A DNA stretch of 64,000 nt from an uncultured candidatus Brocadiaceae bacterium (GTDB lineage: Bacteria > Planctomycetota > Brocadiia > SM23-32): NCBI GenBank assembly GCA_964572825.1, contig CAZNGS010000009.1, positions 8,413 to 72,412 on the forward strand. Direction: 5' to 3'. The notes under the pieces are model-generated. The model searched no databases. It was not told the DNA's origin and saw nothing but the letters and a program-made list of their open reading frames with translations. The translations under genes were made by a program, and so were the position numbers. Shown here piece after piece: positions 30,779 to 40,377 of this stretch (the stretch's first letter is position 1; every line of letters begins with the position of its first letter).

Positions 30779-31184
30779 TGCGTCCCTCTCCGGCGTCCGG
30801 GGCGATGATCGGGAGCGCTCTGCGACCGGCGGGGGGCGCGCCGTTCCGCGGGCGCCCCCCGCTGGCCTCCGAGATTCCCCTTTTGGGGAAGCATGAGAAC
30901 AGAGATTCTAAGCAATGCGAGCAGGGAAAATCACGCCGGGCGCCCCATCCGGGCAGCCGTCGGACGGCAGCGACGTGCAGCGGGACAGGCGGCGGCGGAC
31001 CGCCTGGCCGTAGGGCACGTTCTGACAAAGACTTACGCCCAGGAATGCAGCGCTACAGGAGGATGGATGAATCGGCCGCGCCGCGATAAAGGGCCCCGGG
31101 ATGCGCCAGAAAAGCGCGGCAAAATGCCCCCGACGGCCCCCCGAATCGGCCGCAGGATGGGGGGGCGTGCGCGCGCGGCGGGGC

Positions 31185-31943
31185 TCAGGTGGTGAGAGCG
31201 TGCTCCCTGCCGCGCACGATGCAGCGCTCGCCCGTCCCCCGCGCCATCTGCCCGAAGGCATCCATTTGTTCCGGCCGGAACGGCATCACTTCGTGAAGCT
31301 CCGGGCTCAGGCAATCGTCGGGACGAAAGTTCTGCAACGCCACGGCCCGGGCCCCCTCCAGCTCCGGCAGGATGCCGCGCAGTTCGTCCTCCCCCACCAG
31401 GCCGGGGACGAGGGTGATGCGGAACTCGTGGGGCAGTCCGCTGTCGCGGATGAGGTTGATGGACCGCCGCACCGCGCCGATGTCCACTTCCGCGTCCGTC
31501 ACCCGCCGGTAGTCCGTCGGGTTCAGCGGCGCTTTGACGTCCATGGACATGACGTCCACGCAGTTTTCTTCGATCAGCTCTTCCACCACGTCCGGGCGGG
31601 TGCCGTTGGTTTCCACCATCACGTCCACGGAGAACTCGTGGAGCCTCTCCGTCAGGTCCACCAGTTCCCGGCCGTGCAGGGCCGGCTCGCCGCCCGTGAC
31701 GGCCACGGCGTCCACCCAGCCCCGCTGAGCGCGCAGATAGGCGGCGACCCGCTCGAACGGGACCGTCTCCATCTGCTCCGGGGCCAGCACCAGGTCCCCG
31801 GCGTGGCAGTAACGACAGCGCAGGTTGCAGTGCGGCAGGAAAAGGACCGAAGAGACCTTACCCTCCCATTCCAGCAGGCTGCTCTCGATGAATCCTTTGA
31901 TTTGCATTTTTCGTGCGCAGACCTGGCAGGCTCCCTCTTTCAT
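31185..31943 (-). CDS. nrdG: anaerobic ribonucleoside-triphosphate reductase activating protein (radical SAM); an alternative start is the ATG at 31907
   Basis: MQIKGFIESSLLEWEGKVSSVLFLPHCNLRCRYCH carries a CxxxCxxC radical-SAM motif. The ATG at 31943 overlaps the upstream stop as ATGA. The ATG at 31907 fits NrdG N-terminal alignments better. Confidence 0.7.
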   Translation of the reverse strand: MKEGACQVCARKMQIKGFIESSLLEWEGKVSSVLFLPHCNLRCRYCHAGDLVLAPEQMETVPFERVAAYLRAQRGWVDAVAVTGGEPALHGRELVDLTERLHEFSVDVMVETNGTRPDVVEELIEENCVDVMSMDVKAPLNPTDYRRVTDAEVDIGAVRRSINLIRDSGLPHEFRITLVPGLVGEDELRGILPELEGARAVALQNFRPDDCLSPELHEVMPFRPEQMDAFGQMARGTGERCIVRGREHALTT

Positions 31944-34900
31944 TCGACGCGGCCGGCAGGCGGGCCGTCACCGGCGGGACACAGCACGATGCTGGTCTGC
32001 ATCGGATAGCCGCAGATGCACCCTACGCTGCCCTCCGGCATCATCAGCAGGCCCCCGGCCGGCAGCATGGTGATCCAGCAGCCGGGCCGCGAGACCATGG
32101 TCAGGGCCACCTTGCGGTCGGCCACCGTATCGTATCCCTTGCAGACTTCTTCGCGGAAGAACAGGCAGCGCTCCGAGGCGCTGAAGGGCATGCAGCGCCG
32201 ACTGCCGCCGAAGTTGCGGTCGCTGACGTCCCTGCCGGTGGCGATCTCGCAAATGGGCACGTTCTCCGTGATCCAGGGGTTGTAATACAGCTTGCCGCCG
32301 ACGACCGCGGGATGCTGGATGCTGCCGTTGTGGTCCGTGGTGTTGGGGAGCACCTTCGCCTGGCTGTTCATGACCGTGTGCCACTTTTGCTGCCCGTTGG
32401 CCGGGTCCCAGGCGGATACGTCGTAAATGGCGATGTAGGGCTTCTCCGATTCATCCTCCAGGTACGTCGTGGTGCACAGGAGCGTCTCGTCGGCGTAGGT
32501 CAGGTAGAGGATGAACCGGGCCTTCTGCTCCAGCGGTTTCCGCCATTCCTCGCGGCCGCTCTCCAGAGCCACGGCCACCAGGTAGGCCTCCTTCTCGATA
32601 AAGTCCACCATGTCCACCCGGCCGTTTTCGGCATTCATGGCGGCGTCGCTGCGGCTCTCGACGAAGAAGACCTGCCGCCGGCCGACCGTGATGGATGGGT
32701 TCAGGATGGCGCCGCCCTCATATTCCCACAGACGCCGGAAGTCGGACTTGTCGATCGCGAAGAGGTTGTCACTGACGATGGGGCGGCTGCGCCCGCAGCG
32801 GGGTCCGTAGAGAAGGGGCTTTTTATTGGGAGCGTCGACGGTGTTGAAGGAGGCGCGGGGGTGCTGGTTGGTGCCGATCAGGTAGTCCCCCTGGGTGGCA
32901 ACGAGCCCCCAGTCGCGGTCAGAGCGCGGTCCCTTCAGCTTCCGTACGGTCCGTCCGTCGGCCAAGTCGAGAACCCGGCACTGGCTGCCCGAGGCCACAT
33001 AGAGGTGCCGGTCATCGACGCACATGGGGTTCGCATCGTGGCTGGCGATCAGCCGGGAGGAATCCGGCACTTCCTTCGTCCACAGGTAGGTGCCGTTGTA
33101 GGCATCCACGACGGTCAGGTAGTTCCGGCCCAGCACGAACAGCCGGCCGTCCCTGTAGAGGGGGGCGGCCGGGATGTGGTGGCGGTCCTGGTAGCGCTCC
33201 GGTCCCGGCGGGCCGAACCACTGGGTCATGAACTGGGTGCCGACCCGCGTGTCGCGGCTGTTGGATGTCTGCTGGGCGTCCGCGTACATGTGGGTCCACG
33301 ACCCCGCCCCGTCCAGCGGGCCGCGCGTCAGCGTGCCCCGGGCGCCGTCCCCCTCGGTGACGATCCGGAGCCCGGGCAGCCTCTCTCCCGCCCACTGCCG
33401 CAGGCGTCGCCCTCCGGACTCATCCGCCAGCACCAGCATGCCCCCGCAGGGCCTCAGCACCCGGAAAACCTGATGGGCCTCGTATGCATCCCAGCCTCCG
33501 GCGGACACGATCAGGTTCGCGGAGTAGCTGGGATACGGCAGCGGCCGGGATATCCGATGCACCACGACTCGTTTTCCGTAGAGTCCGGCGGCGTGGAGTC
33601 GCTCCCGGGCCCGCCGCGCCTCCGCGTCGTCCGGGACGGGGATAACCACCCGGAACTCCGAGTTCGCCGCCACCTCTGCCGCCAGTGAGGGGGCGTCCTG
33701 CCCCAGCACCATGCAGAATCCCTTGCGCATTCGGGTCTCCGCCAGGGCCCGGGCGGCCACCGAGTGCACGGGCGAGCGGAGCCGAACCGTTGCGGACCTC
33801 GAGGAGCCGGCCGACGGCGGCCCGTGGCCGAAGCAGTAGATCAGCCCCTTCGTGGTGCTCACGTAAAGCGAGCCCTCGGCGAAAGCCAGTTCGTGGGCCT
33901 CCCCCTCCACCTGCGTGCGCCACGTCTCCCGCCCCGTGTCGGCGTTGTATGCGGCCACGCAACCCTCCCCACCGGCGAAGAGGGTGGCGCCCGCGAGCAA
34001 AAGCGCCGAGGCGGGGGCCTTATCCACGCGCCACTTCTCGCCGTCCGCCAGGGCCCTGCCCACCGCCGGATGCTCCCGGATGCGGAGGCCGTCGGCCGTC
34101 TTTCCCAGGTAGTATTTCCGTTTGCTCTGGAGGGTCCTTTCCACGCGGGCAGACATGGTTTTTTCGAAGACCTGCCGCGGTACCGCGCAGAGATGGTATT
34201 GGAACCTTTCCCGCATGTATCGACCCCGCCCGTCCGTGATGCGCACCAGGTAGTAAGCATCCTTATCGGCCACCAGATGGCGACATGCTATCCCCACGGC
34301 GTCCGGCGCCGGCTCTCTGGTGAATCTGGGCTGTTTCTCGGGCTTCTCAACTTCGAGCCCGCGCACGCGCACGGTGGAGATTCCGTATTCACTGGGCCCG
34401 TAGACGACCATGTCGTGCATCGCTCTGGGATAGCCGCCGCCACCGGCGCGCTTGTAGGCCACATTCTTGCGCTCCAGGGCCTCTCCATCCGACCGGCGAA
34501 AGACCGCCGGAGCCGTGCGGCCGGTGGGCACCCAGAGGCATCTCTCGGTGGCCAGCACGTAGGATTCGGCCGGATAGGGGCTCTCCCTCTTCCAGTGGAG
34601 CCGACCCGTAGCGGCGTCAACGGCGAACAGATACACGCCCTGCACGGGGAACAGACCGGCGGCGAAATACACGGTGCCGTCATAGACGGTCACGCCGGTC
34701 CGCACGGGCCATTGCGACATCAGGCGCCCGTGGCCGATCACCAGTCGTCGGTCGGGAGCCGCGCTGAATTGCCAGAGCAGTTCACCGTCGCCGGCGTCCA
34801 GGCAATAGACCATGCCGTCGTCGGCACCGAAGTACACGTGCCCATCACCGACCGTGGGCGCCAGCCGGACCGCTCCATTGGCGTAGAAACGCCACCGCTC

Positions 34901-35248
34901 CGCTCCGGAGGCCGCGTCCAGGCAGATCAGGGCTTCCTCCGTGGAGGAGGCGTAATACAGGCGCCCGTCCGCCACGACGCAGGCATAGGCGAAGTCGTAG
35001 CTGACCGGCGGGAGGTAGCCCGGTCGCACGTGGGTGCCGTACCGGGCGGGTCGGGGTGCATGCGGCGCCCGATGCACCCAGAGCTGCCGCAGGGGGGGTT
35101 CCGGGCTTTCAGCGGTAGTGTGGTTCCGCGTCGGGCCGCCCCCGAAAGCGGGCCAGTCGCCAGCATCCGCAACGGAAGCAAGACACAACACTCCAGCGAA
35201 GAGAACTGTGATCGACAGTCTGGACGCTGAGTTTGCGCACTGCATCAT
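31940..35248 (-). CDS. large secreted PQQ-like beta-propeller repeat protein
   Basis: A signal peptide (MMQCANSASRLSITVLFAGVLCLASVADA) is followed by many G.VY.G..DG.LY.LD..TG...W repeats. GGAGAG sits 5 nt before the ATG at 35248. The product is about 1100 aa. Confidence 0.7.
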   Translation of the reverse strand: MMQCANSASRLSITVLFAGVLCLASVADAGDWPAFGGGPTRNHTTAESPEPPLRQLWVHRAPHAPRPARYGTHVRPGYLPPVSYDFAYACVVADGRLYYASSTEEALICLDAASGAERWRFYANGAVRLAPTVGDGHVYFGADDGMVYCLDAGDGELLWQFSAAPDRRLVIGHGRLMSQWPVRTGVTVYDGTVYFAAGLFPVQGVYLFAVDAATGRLHWKRESPYPAESYVLATERCLWVPTGRTAPAVFRRSDGEALERKNVAYKRAGGGGYPRAMHDMVVYGPSEYGISTVRVRGLEVEKPEKQPRFTREPAPDAVGIACRHLVADKDAYYLVRITDGRGRYMRERFQYHLCAVPRQVFEKTMSARVERTLQSKRKYYLGKTADGLRIREHPAVGRALADGEKWRVDKAPASALLLAGATLFAGGEGCVAAYNADTGRETWRTQVEGEAHELAFAEGSLYVSTTKGLIYCFGHGPPSAGSSRSATVRLRSPVHSVAARALAETRMRKGFCMVLGQDAPSLAAEVAANSEFRVVIPVPDDAEARRARERLHAAGLYGKRVVVHRISRPLPYPSYSANLIVSAGGWDAYEAHQVFRVLRPCGGMLVLADESGGRRLRQWAGERLPGLRIVTEGDGARGTLTRGPLDGAGSWTHMYADAQQTSNSRDTRVGTQFMTQWFGPPGPERYQDRHHIPAAPLYRDGRLFVLGRNYLTVVDAYNGTYLWTKEVPDSSRLIASHDANPMCVDDRHLYVASGSQCRVLDLADGRTVRKLKGPRSDRDWGLVATQGDYLIGTNQHPRASFNTVDAPNKKPLLYGPRCGRSRPIVSDNLFAIDKSDFRRLWEYEGGAILNPSITVGRRQVFFVESRSDAAMNAENGRVDMVDFIEKEAYLVAVALESGREEWRKPLEQKARFILYLTYADETLLCTTTYLEDESEKPYIAIYDVSAWDPANGQQKWHTVMNSQAKVLPNTTDHNGSIQHPAVVGGKLYYNPWITENVPICEIATGRDVSDRNFGGSRRCMPFSASERCLFFREEVCKGYDTVADRKVALTMVSRPGCWITMLPAGGLLMMPEGSVGCICGYPMQTSIVLCPAGDGPPAGRVE

Positions 35249-35465
35249 GCACTCTCCAATTCCTTTCAGGCACCCGCGCCGGCCGGACATTCAACTTCGA
35301 TCCGTCCAGTGTACCCGTTGCTGCGCGGCGGGCAACTGCCGGCCGCGGCGGCCCGAACGCGTCCCGAACACGCTGGCCGGCCAGTTCCTTGAGATTACTG
35401 CGTCGTCGACCCACGAGTCCGTCGCCGGCCACCAGAACATTACGTTCCGCAATTGTCCGTCCCTG

Positions 35466-35500
35466 TACTGTTTTGGGGACACTCAAAAAGGGCACCGGGA
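35466..35500 (-). terminator. candidate intrinsic terminator (hairpin plus T5) downstream of the nrdH-like gene
   Basis: The minus strand reads CCGGG-tcaccgt-CCCGG-tgccc-TTTTT, about 60 nt after the nrdH-like stop. Confidence 0.3.
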
Positions 35501-35562
35501 CGGTGACCCGGCAGATCACCGCCCCGGTTGACACGGTGGGGTTGATACCTGCCAACCCCGGC

Positions 35563-35835
35563 CTACGCCGTCAATCTCTGGCGAAGTTCGCTGCTGGGGG
35601 GGGCGTGGCCGTCCCAGCGGGCGACCACATGGTCGGTGTCCTTTTTGAGAAGAACGGAGGGGATATCGAACACGTCGAAGAAGTCCCCCTCGGCGGCCCC
35701 GTGCTCGGTCTCCATGTCCTGGAAGACCACGTCCACCCGGTCCTCCACCTCCCACTTGCTGAGGAAGTGGGAGAGCTTTCGCTTGGCGCTCTGGCAGAGT
35801 TTGCACTCCTGCTTGCCGTAGACTTCGATGATCAT
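35563..35835 (-). CDS. glutaredoxin-like / NrdH-like redoxin
   Basis: The 90 aa product has MIIEVYGKQECKLCQSAK, a CxxC redox motif. It lies immediately downstream of nrdD. Confidence 0.6.
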   Translation of the reverse strand: MIIEVYGKQECKLCQSAKRKLSHFLSKWEVEDRVDVVFQDMETEHGAAEGDFFDVFDIPSVLLKKDTDHVVARWDGHAPPSSELRQRLTA

Positions 35836-35872
35836 TTCTGCTACCTCGCGCTGACTGTGTTCCGTGTGTCGC

Positions 35873-38323
35873 TCACACCAGTGCGACGCTGTAGTTGCCC
35901 CGGTGGCGATCCTTCAGCTCGCCTATCTTGGACTTGTTCCAGTTGGGGATGCGGCTGAAGTAGCCCACCACGCGCGTCATGCCGTAGACGTCCGGGCTGT
36001 GGCAGTGCCCGCAGGCCGGCTTGAGTCCGGGCGTGGAGCGATGGCATTGCCGGCAGATGGTGAACTCGGGGCTGATGGTGAGTTGGGCCGCCTGGGTGTT
36101 GCGATAGGTCTTCTCCACCAGGTTGTGGATGCTGGCGGCGGGCGGCCTTTCCTCGCCCACGAAGGCGTGAATGATGGCGCCGCTCTCGATGGCCCTGTGG
36201 AATTTGCTCTGCAGGCGGATTCGGGTCAGCAGGTCCACCGGCGCATCGGCGCGCAGGTGGATGCTGTTGGTGTAGTAGGCGTCGTCGTCGTCGGTGTCGC
36301 CGCAGACCACCTTCTCCGCCTCGGGGAAACGCTGCAGGTCCACCTTGGCCAGGCGGCGCGCGGCGCTCTCTGCCGGGGATTCCTCCAGCGCCACCCGCAT
36401 TCCCTGCTCTTCCCCCAGGGCTTTTGCCCGGAACTGCATGTGCCGCACCAGGTGGAGCCCTTCGCGCACGAGCTGCTCGTCCTCGTGCAGCTCCCGGCCG
36501 GTCAGGTAGAGCAGGGCCTCGTTCAGACCGATCAGCCCCACGATGTAGGTGGCCTTGTCCAGGTCCACGTAGGGCCGCCCGTCCGCCCCATCTTTGCCGA
36601 TCTCCCACAGGGGTTGGCTGGGGCCGGTCATCAGGGAGCCGATGAACCGGCGCTTCTGCCGATGGGCCCGGATGACCAGGTCGATCATCCGGTCCACCTC
36701 CCGGCGAAATGCCTCCATGTTGCCGGGCCCGGCCCGGTAGGCGGCCTGGGGCAGGTTGATGGTGACGTTCTGGAACCCGCAGAACCGCATGCTCTCCGGG
36801 TGCTGGATCATGTAGTCGTCGCGGATGGTGGTGCGCAGCCGGCAGCAGGCGCTCAGGGTCACCTCATCGCGGTCGAAGATGAAGTAGGGCACGCCGTTCT
36901 CGCTGGCTATCTGGCAGGCGTATTCGAGTATCTCCCGCTGGGCGGGGTCGCTCAGGGTAGCATCGCTGATGTGCAGGTCGCACTTGGGGAACGCGAACAC
37001 GTTGCCGTACTGGTCGCCGGCCCTCCAGACATCCAGCATGGCCTTGCAGAAGCGCTGGGCGGTCTTCTCGTAGTCACCGTAGGTGCGCCCGTCGTACTCG
37101 CCGCCCGGCCCGATGGCGGGAACGTCCTTGAGGTACTCGGGCACGCCGGTGTGGACGTTGAAGTCCAGGAACAGGGTCTGCCCGCCGCGGCTGAAGGCGT
37201 TCTGGGAGGAGCTGAATATCAGGTGCTGCGCCTCCTGCTCCATCTCCCCGTAGGACATACCCTCCACGTAGGGGGCGTAGAAGATGTTGATGTAGCCCAC
37301 GCCCAGGGCTCCGGCGTAGTATGCCTGCATGGAGGCCAGAAAGGTGTTCAGGTGCCCCGTCAGCGTGCGCGCGTGGCGGGCCGGCGCGCTGGAGGTGTCC
37401 AGGTTCTGCAGGTTCAGGCCGTATTTCTTCAGGTATTCCAGGCTATGGCTGGAGCAGTAAACCCGCGTGGGATAGCCCAGGTCGTGCAGATGTATCTCGC
37501 CCAGCATGTGGGCCTCGGCCACCTCGTCGGAGAAGACCTCCTGCAGGGCGTACTGCTTGAGCGTGTGCTCGGCCACCGACAGGTTGATGGCCTCCGGGTT
37601 GTTCTGGGCGATGTTGGCGTTTTCCTTGCTCTTGCTGCGCAGGAGCTGGTCCAGGTCGAACTTGGGCATTCCGACGACGGCCTGCTTTTTCAGCCGGGCG
37701 GTCAGGCCGCGTTCGAACAGCTCGTTGTCCACCAGTTCCCGGATCAGGCCGGTGGAGATGCGGGTGAGGCCGCTTTTCATCACGCGGCGCTCAACGGCGG
37801 AGGCGATCTCGCGGGCCACCCGCGGGGCCAGGTCGGCCTCGGTCTCCAGGGCCTGCGCGATCTTCCCCTTGTCCCACTCGGTCAGCCTGTCCTGGGTCTC
37901 GGTGTTGACCAGCAGCGCTATGTCGGTCGAGTTGCCGTTGCTGCGCACCGGCTTGCGCACCTGCAGGGACTGGCGGACGCGTGCCCGGCGGTCTCGATAC
38001 AGAATATACGCCTTGGCCGTCCTGGCGTGGCCGGTCTCGATCAGCACTTTTTCCACGACGTCCTGGATCTCCTCGATGGTCGGCGGGACGCCGTCGTAGT
38101 CCTTTTCCAGCAGGACGGTTACCATCGAGGCCAGCTCCTCGGCCAGGGCCCGGTCCTTCCCGCCGACGGCCTGCGCGGCCTTGAAGATGGCGTTGGCTAT
38201 CTTGGATTCATCGAAGGGCACGAGTCGGCCGTCCCGCTTTCTCACCTCTTTAATCCCGCGGGACGCGTCCCCCGTGTTTGCCAGATGTCCTTCCTCCTGT
38301 GCGGCGTCCGTCTCAACGGCCAT
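35873..38323 (-). CDS. nrdD: anaerobic ribonucleoside-triphosphate reductase (class III) with an N-terminal ATP-cone
   Basis: The ATP-cone reads VRKRDGRLVPFDESKIANAI. The C-terminus has a four-Cys zinc site (CRQCH...CGHCH) and a glycyl-radical motif (TRVVGYFSR). The ATG at 38323 has a GGGAGGG RBS. Confidence 0.9.
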   Translation of the reverse strand: MAVETDAAQEEGHLANTGDASRGIKEVRKRDGRLVPFDESKIANAIFKAAQAVGGKDRALAEELASMVTVLLEKDYDGVPPTIEEIQDVVEKVLIETGHARTAKAYILYRDRRARVRQSLQVRKPVRSNGNSTDIALLVNTETQDRLTEWDKGKIAQALETEADLAPRVAREIASAVERRVMKSGLTRISTGLIRELVDNELFERGLTARLKKQAVVGMPKFDLDQLLRSKSKENANIAQNNPEAINLSVAEHTLKQYALQEVFSDEVAEAHMLGEIHLHDLGYPTRVYCSSHSLEYLKKYGLNLQNLDTSSAPARHARTLTGHLNTFLASMQAYYAGALGVGYINIFYAPYVEGMSYGEMEQEAQHLIFSSSQNAFSRGGQTLFLDFNVHTGVPEYLKDVPAIGPGGEYDGRTYGDYEKTAQRFCKAMLDVWRAGDQYGNVFAFPKCDLHISDATLSDPAQREILEYACQIASENGVPYFIFDRDEVTLSACCRLRTTIRDDYMIQHPESMRFCGFQNVTINLPQAAYRAGPGNMEAFRREVDRMIDLVIRAHRQKRRFIGSLMTGPSQPLWEIGKDGADGRPYVDLDKATYIVGLIGLNEALLYLTGRELHEDEQLVREGLHLVRHMQFRAKALGEEQGMRVALEESPAESAARRLAKVDLQRFPEAEKVVCGDTDDDDAYYTNSIHLRADAPVDLLTRIRLQSKFHRAIESGAIIHAFVGEERPPAASIHNLVEKTYRNTQAAQLTISPEFTICRQCHRSTPGLKPACGHCHSPDVYGMTRVVGYFSRIPNWNKSKIGELKDRHRGNYSVALV

Positions 38324-38351
38324 TTTGGCCCTCCCGGTGGTCTCAGACGCG

Positions 38352-38855
38352 TCAATCCCTGTGGCGTGAACTGGTTTCTTCCGGCGCGGTCCCGTCATCG
38401 GCGGCGTCCCGCAACACCGTGCCCGCCTCTTCCACGAAGTCGCTGACGTCCTTGAATTCCTGATAGACGGAGGCGAAGCGGATGTACGCCACCTGGTCGA
38501 GCTCGCGCAGCCTGGTCATCACGAGCTGCCCGATCTTCCGGCTTGGCACTTCGCCCTCGTAGTGGCGGTGCAACTCCCGCTCGACGTCCTCGGCCAGCGC
38601 CCTGATGCGCTCGGCGGGGATGGGACGCTTGTAACATGCCTTGTTCAGGCCGGAGATGATTTTCTTCAGGCTGAAGTCCTCGCGGCCCCCGTCTTTCTTG
38701 ATCACCCGCAGGACGCTCTCTTCGATGCGCTCGTAAGTGGTGTAGCGGCGGCCGCAGGCGTTGCATTCCCGGCGGCGCTTCACGTAGGTCCCGTCGGCAC
38801 TGGGGCGGGAGTTGACGACCCGATCATCGTCCTTCTTGCAGTACGGGCACTGCAC
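38352..38855 (-). CDS. nrdR: transcriptional repressor NrdR
   Basis: MQCPYCKKDDDRVVNSRPS...CNACGRRYTTYERIEES is the NrdR zinc ribbon. An ATP-cone follows. The start is GTG with a GAGG RBS. Confidence 0.85.
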   Translation of the reverse strand: MQCPYCKKDDDRVVNSRPSADGTYVKRRRECNACGRRYTTYERIEESVLRVIKKDGGREDFSLKKIISGLNKACYKRPIPAERIRALAEDVERELHRHYEGEVPSRKIGQLVMTRLRELDQVAYIRFASVYQEFKDVSDFVEEAGTVLRDAADDGTAPEETSSRHRD

Positions 38856-38953
38856 CTGTCAAACCCCTCTCAACGGCCCGAAATGCGGCCCTCAGGCCGC
38901 ACGGAGAGTATCGAGCGAAAGAACCAGGCATGCCATATCTTGAACACCGGGAT

Positions 38954-38982
38954 ATCTTACACTCCAAGATGTGGTAAGTCAA
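38954..38982 (-). promoter_or_regulatory. sigma-70-like promoter for nrdR (TTGACT-N17-TAAGAT) with overlapping direct repeats
   Basis: The minus strand reads TTGACT (38982-38977), a 17 nt spacer and TAAGAT (38959-38954). An AT-rich upstream tract is present. Two GTGTnAAGATAT direct repeats overlap and follow the -10. Confidence 0.4.
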
Positions 38983-39280
38983 GCCCTATTTTTGCTTTTC
39001 CGAAGATTTTTGTTTGGACGGCGTTAGAGCGGCTTCCCGTGCGGCCAACGGGCCTGGCCTAAACGGTTGCGAAGGACTCCGTTATGCCCCGGCCCGGGGG
39101 GCGCCGATCGTCCGGGCGCGCGAACGATTTTCAGTCCGCCCGGGGCCGGTTCTCGACCGAGAAAAAGGAATCAGCCCCCCGCCGAACGCACCGACGACGG
39201 TTGCAGCCGGGGCTCGCCCCGGCGACAATAGTGGCAGAGGCGCCCCCGGGGCGGTCAGGCACGGGAAAGGAGACCGATTC

Positions 39281-40252
39281 ATGGAACAGCATGGCAGCCG
39301 GGGCCCGAGGACCGGGCCGGGGGGAGACTTCGACCCGTTCTTCCCCTGCAAGGACAACCTGCCCGGCGTGGTGGACCGGTTGCTTCAGCAGCTCGACGAA
39401 CGGGAGACCGTGCAGCACGTCTGCCGCTATCCCCTGCCGAGTGAGAAGACCGTCATCCGCATCCTCAATCTTCTGGCCGAGGCGCTGTTCCCGGGCTACT
39501 TCAGCCAGAAGGGGCTGAGCCGGGCGAACCTCGCCTTCCACATCGGGGAGACCATCGGCAACGCTTACGACCTGCTGGCCAACGAGATCACCCGCTGCAC
39601 CCTGCACGCCCGGCACGACTCGGCTCGGTCCGAGCATGTCGAGTGCCAGCGGGAGGGGGAACGGCAGGCCTTCGCGCTCCTTGAGAAACTCCCCGACCTG
39701 CTCGACATCCTGGACGACGACGTGCGTGCCGCCTACGAGGGCGACCCCGCCGCCACGGGCTACGACGAGGCCATCTTCTGCTACCCTGGTTTCCGCGCGG
39801 TCATGATCTACCGCATCGCGCACGAGCTGCACGCACGGGGCGTGCAGTGGCTCCCCCGCATCATGACCGAATACGCCCACCGCCTCACGGGCATCGACAT
39901 CCATCCCGGCGCGGCGATCGGCCGCCGCTTCTTCATCGACCACGGCACCGGGGTGGTCATCGGGGAGACCAGCGAGATCGGCGACAACGTGCGCATGTAC
40001 CAGGGCGTGACGCTTGGGGGTTACCGCTTCAAGACCGACGAGGAGGGCAACCTGCTGCGCGGCTACAAGCGGCATCCCACCATCGAGGACGACGTGATCA
40101 TCTACGCCAACGCCAGCATCCTGGGCCCCATCACGGTGGGCGCCGGCTCGGTCATCGGGGCCAATGTCTTCCTCACGCACTCGGTGGACGCGGGCACCCG
40201 GGTGAGCATCGAGAAGCCCGCGCACCGCATCCGCCGGCGCGAGAGCGAGTAA
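39281..40252 (+). CDS. cysE: serine O-acetyltransferase
   Basis: An N-terminal SATase helical domain and a hexapeptide-repeat C-terminus (GIDIHPGAAIGRRFFIDHGTGVVIGETSEIGDNV) are present. AAAGGAG precedes the ATG at 39281. Confidence 0.85.
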   Translation: MEQHGSRGPRTGPGGDFDPFFPCKDNLPGVVDRLLQQLDERETVQHVCRYPLPSEKTVIRILNLLAEALFPGYFSQKGLSRANLAFHIGETIGNAYDLLANEITRCTLHARHDSARSEHVECQREGERQAFALLEKLPDLLDILDDDVRAAYEGDPAATGYDEAIFCYPGFRAVMIYRIAHELHARGVQWLPRIMTEYAHRLTGIDIHPGAAIGRRFFIDHGTGVVIGETSEIGDNVRMYQGVTLGGYRFKTDEEGNLLRGYKRHPTIEDDVIIYANASILGPITVGAGSVIGANVFLTHSVDAGTRVSIEKPAHRIRRRESE

Positions 40253-40377
40253 GCCGTCAGCCCGGGGGCCATTCGACTGTCGGGTTTTCGTTGTCGTTCT
40301 CGGGTTGCGGCTGCGCAGGCGCGGTTTCGGCCCGGATGGTTCGAGCGCGGGCGCGCGGAGCGAAGGGACGGGGGTGC

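Noticed and set aside
30779-31184. 400 bp GC-rich spacer between smc and nrdG with a long imperfect hairpin (about 30826-30865) and several 100-aa ORFs
   Set aside because: The ORFs are low-complexity Arg/Gly/Pro frames without an RBS. The hairpin lacks a U-tract. It is treated as an ordinary promoter/terminator spacer.
38930-38985. Canonical palindromic NrdR boxes upstream of nrdR
   Set aside because: I searched for acaCwAtATaTwGtgt. Only the direct repeats GTGTnAAGATAT were found, reported above as a finding.
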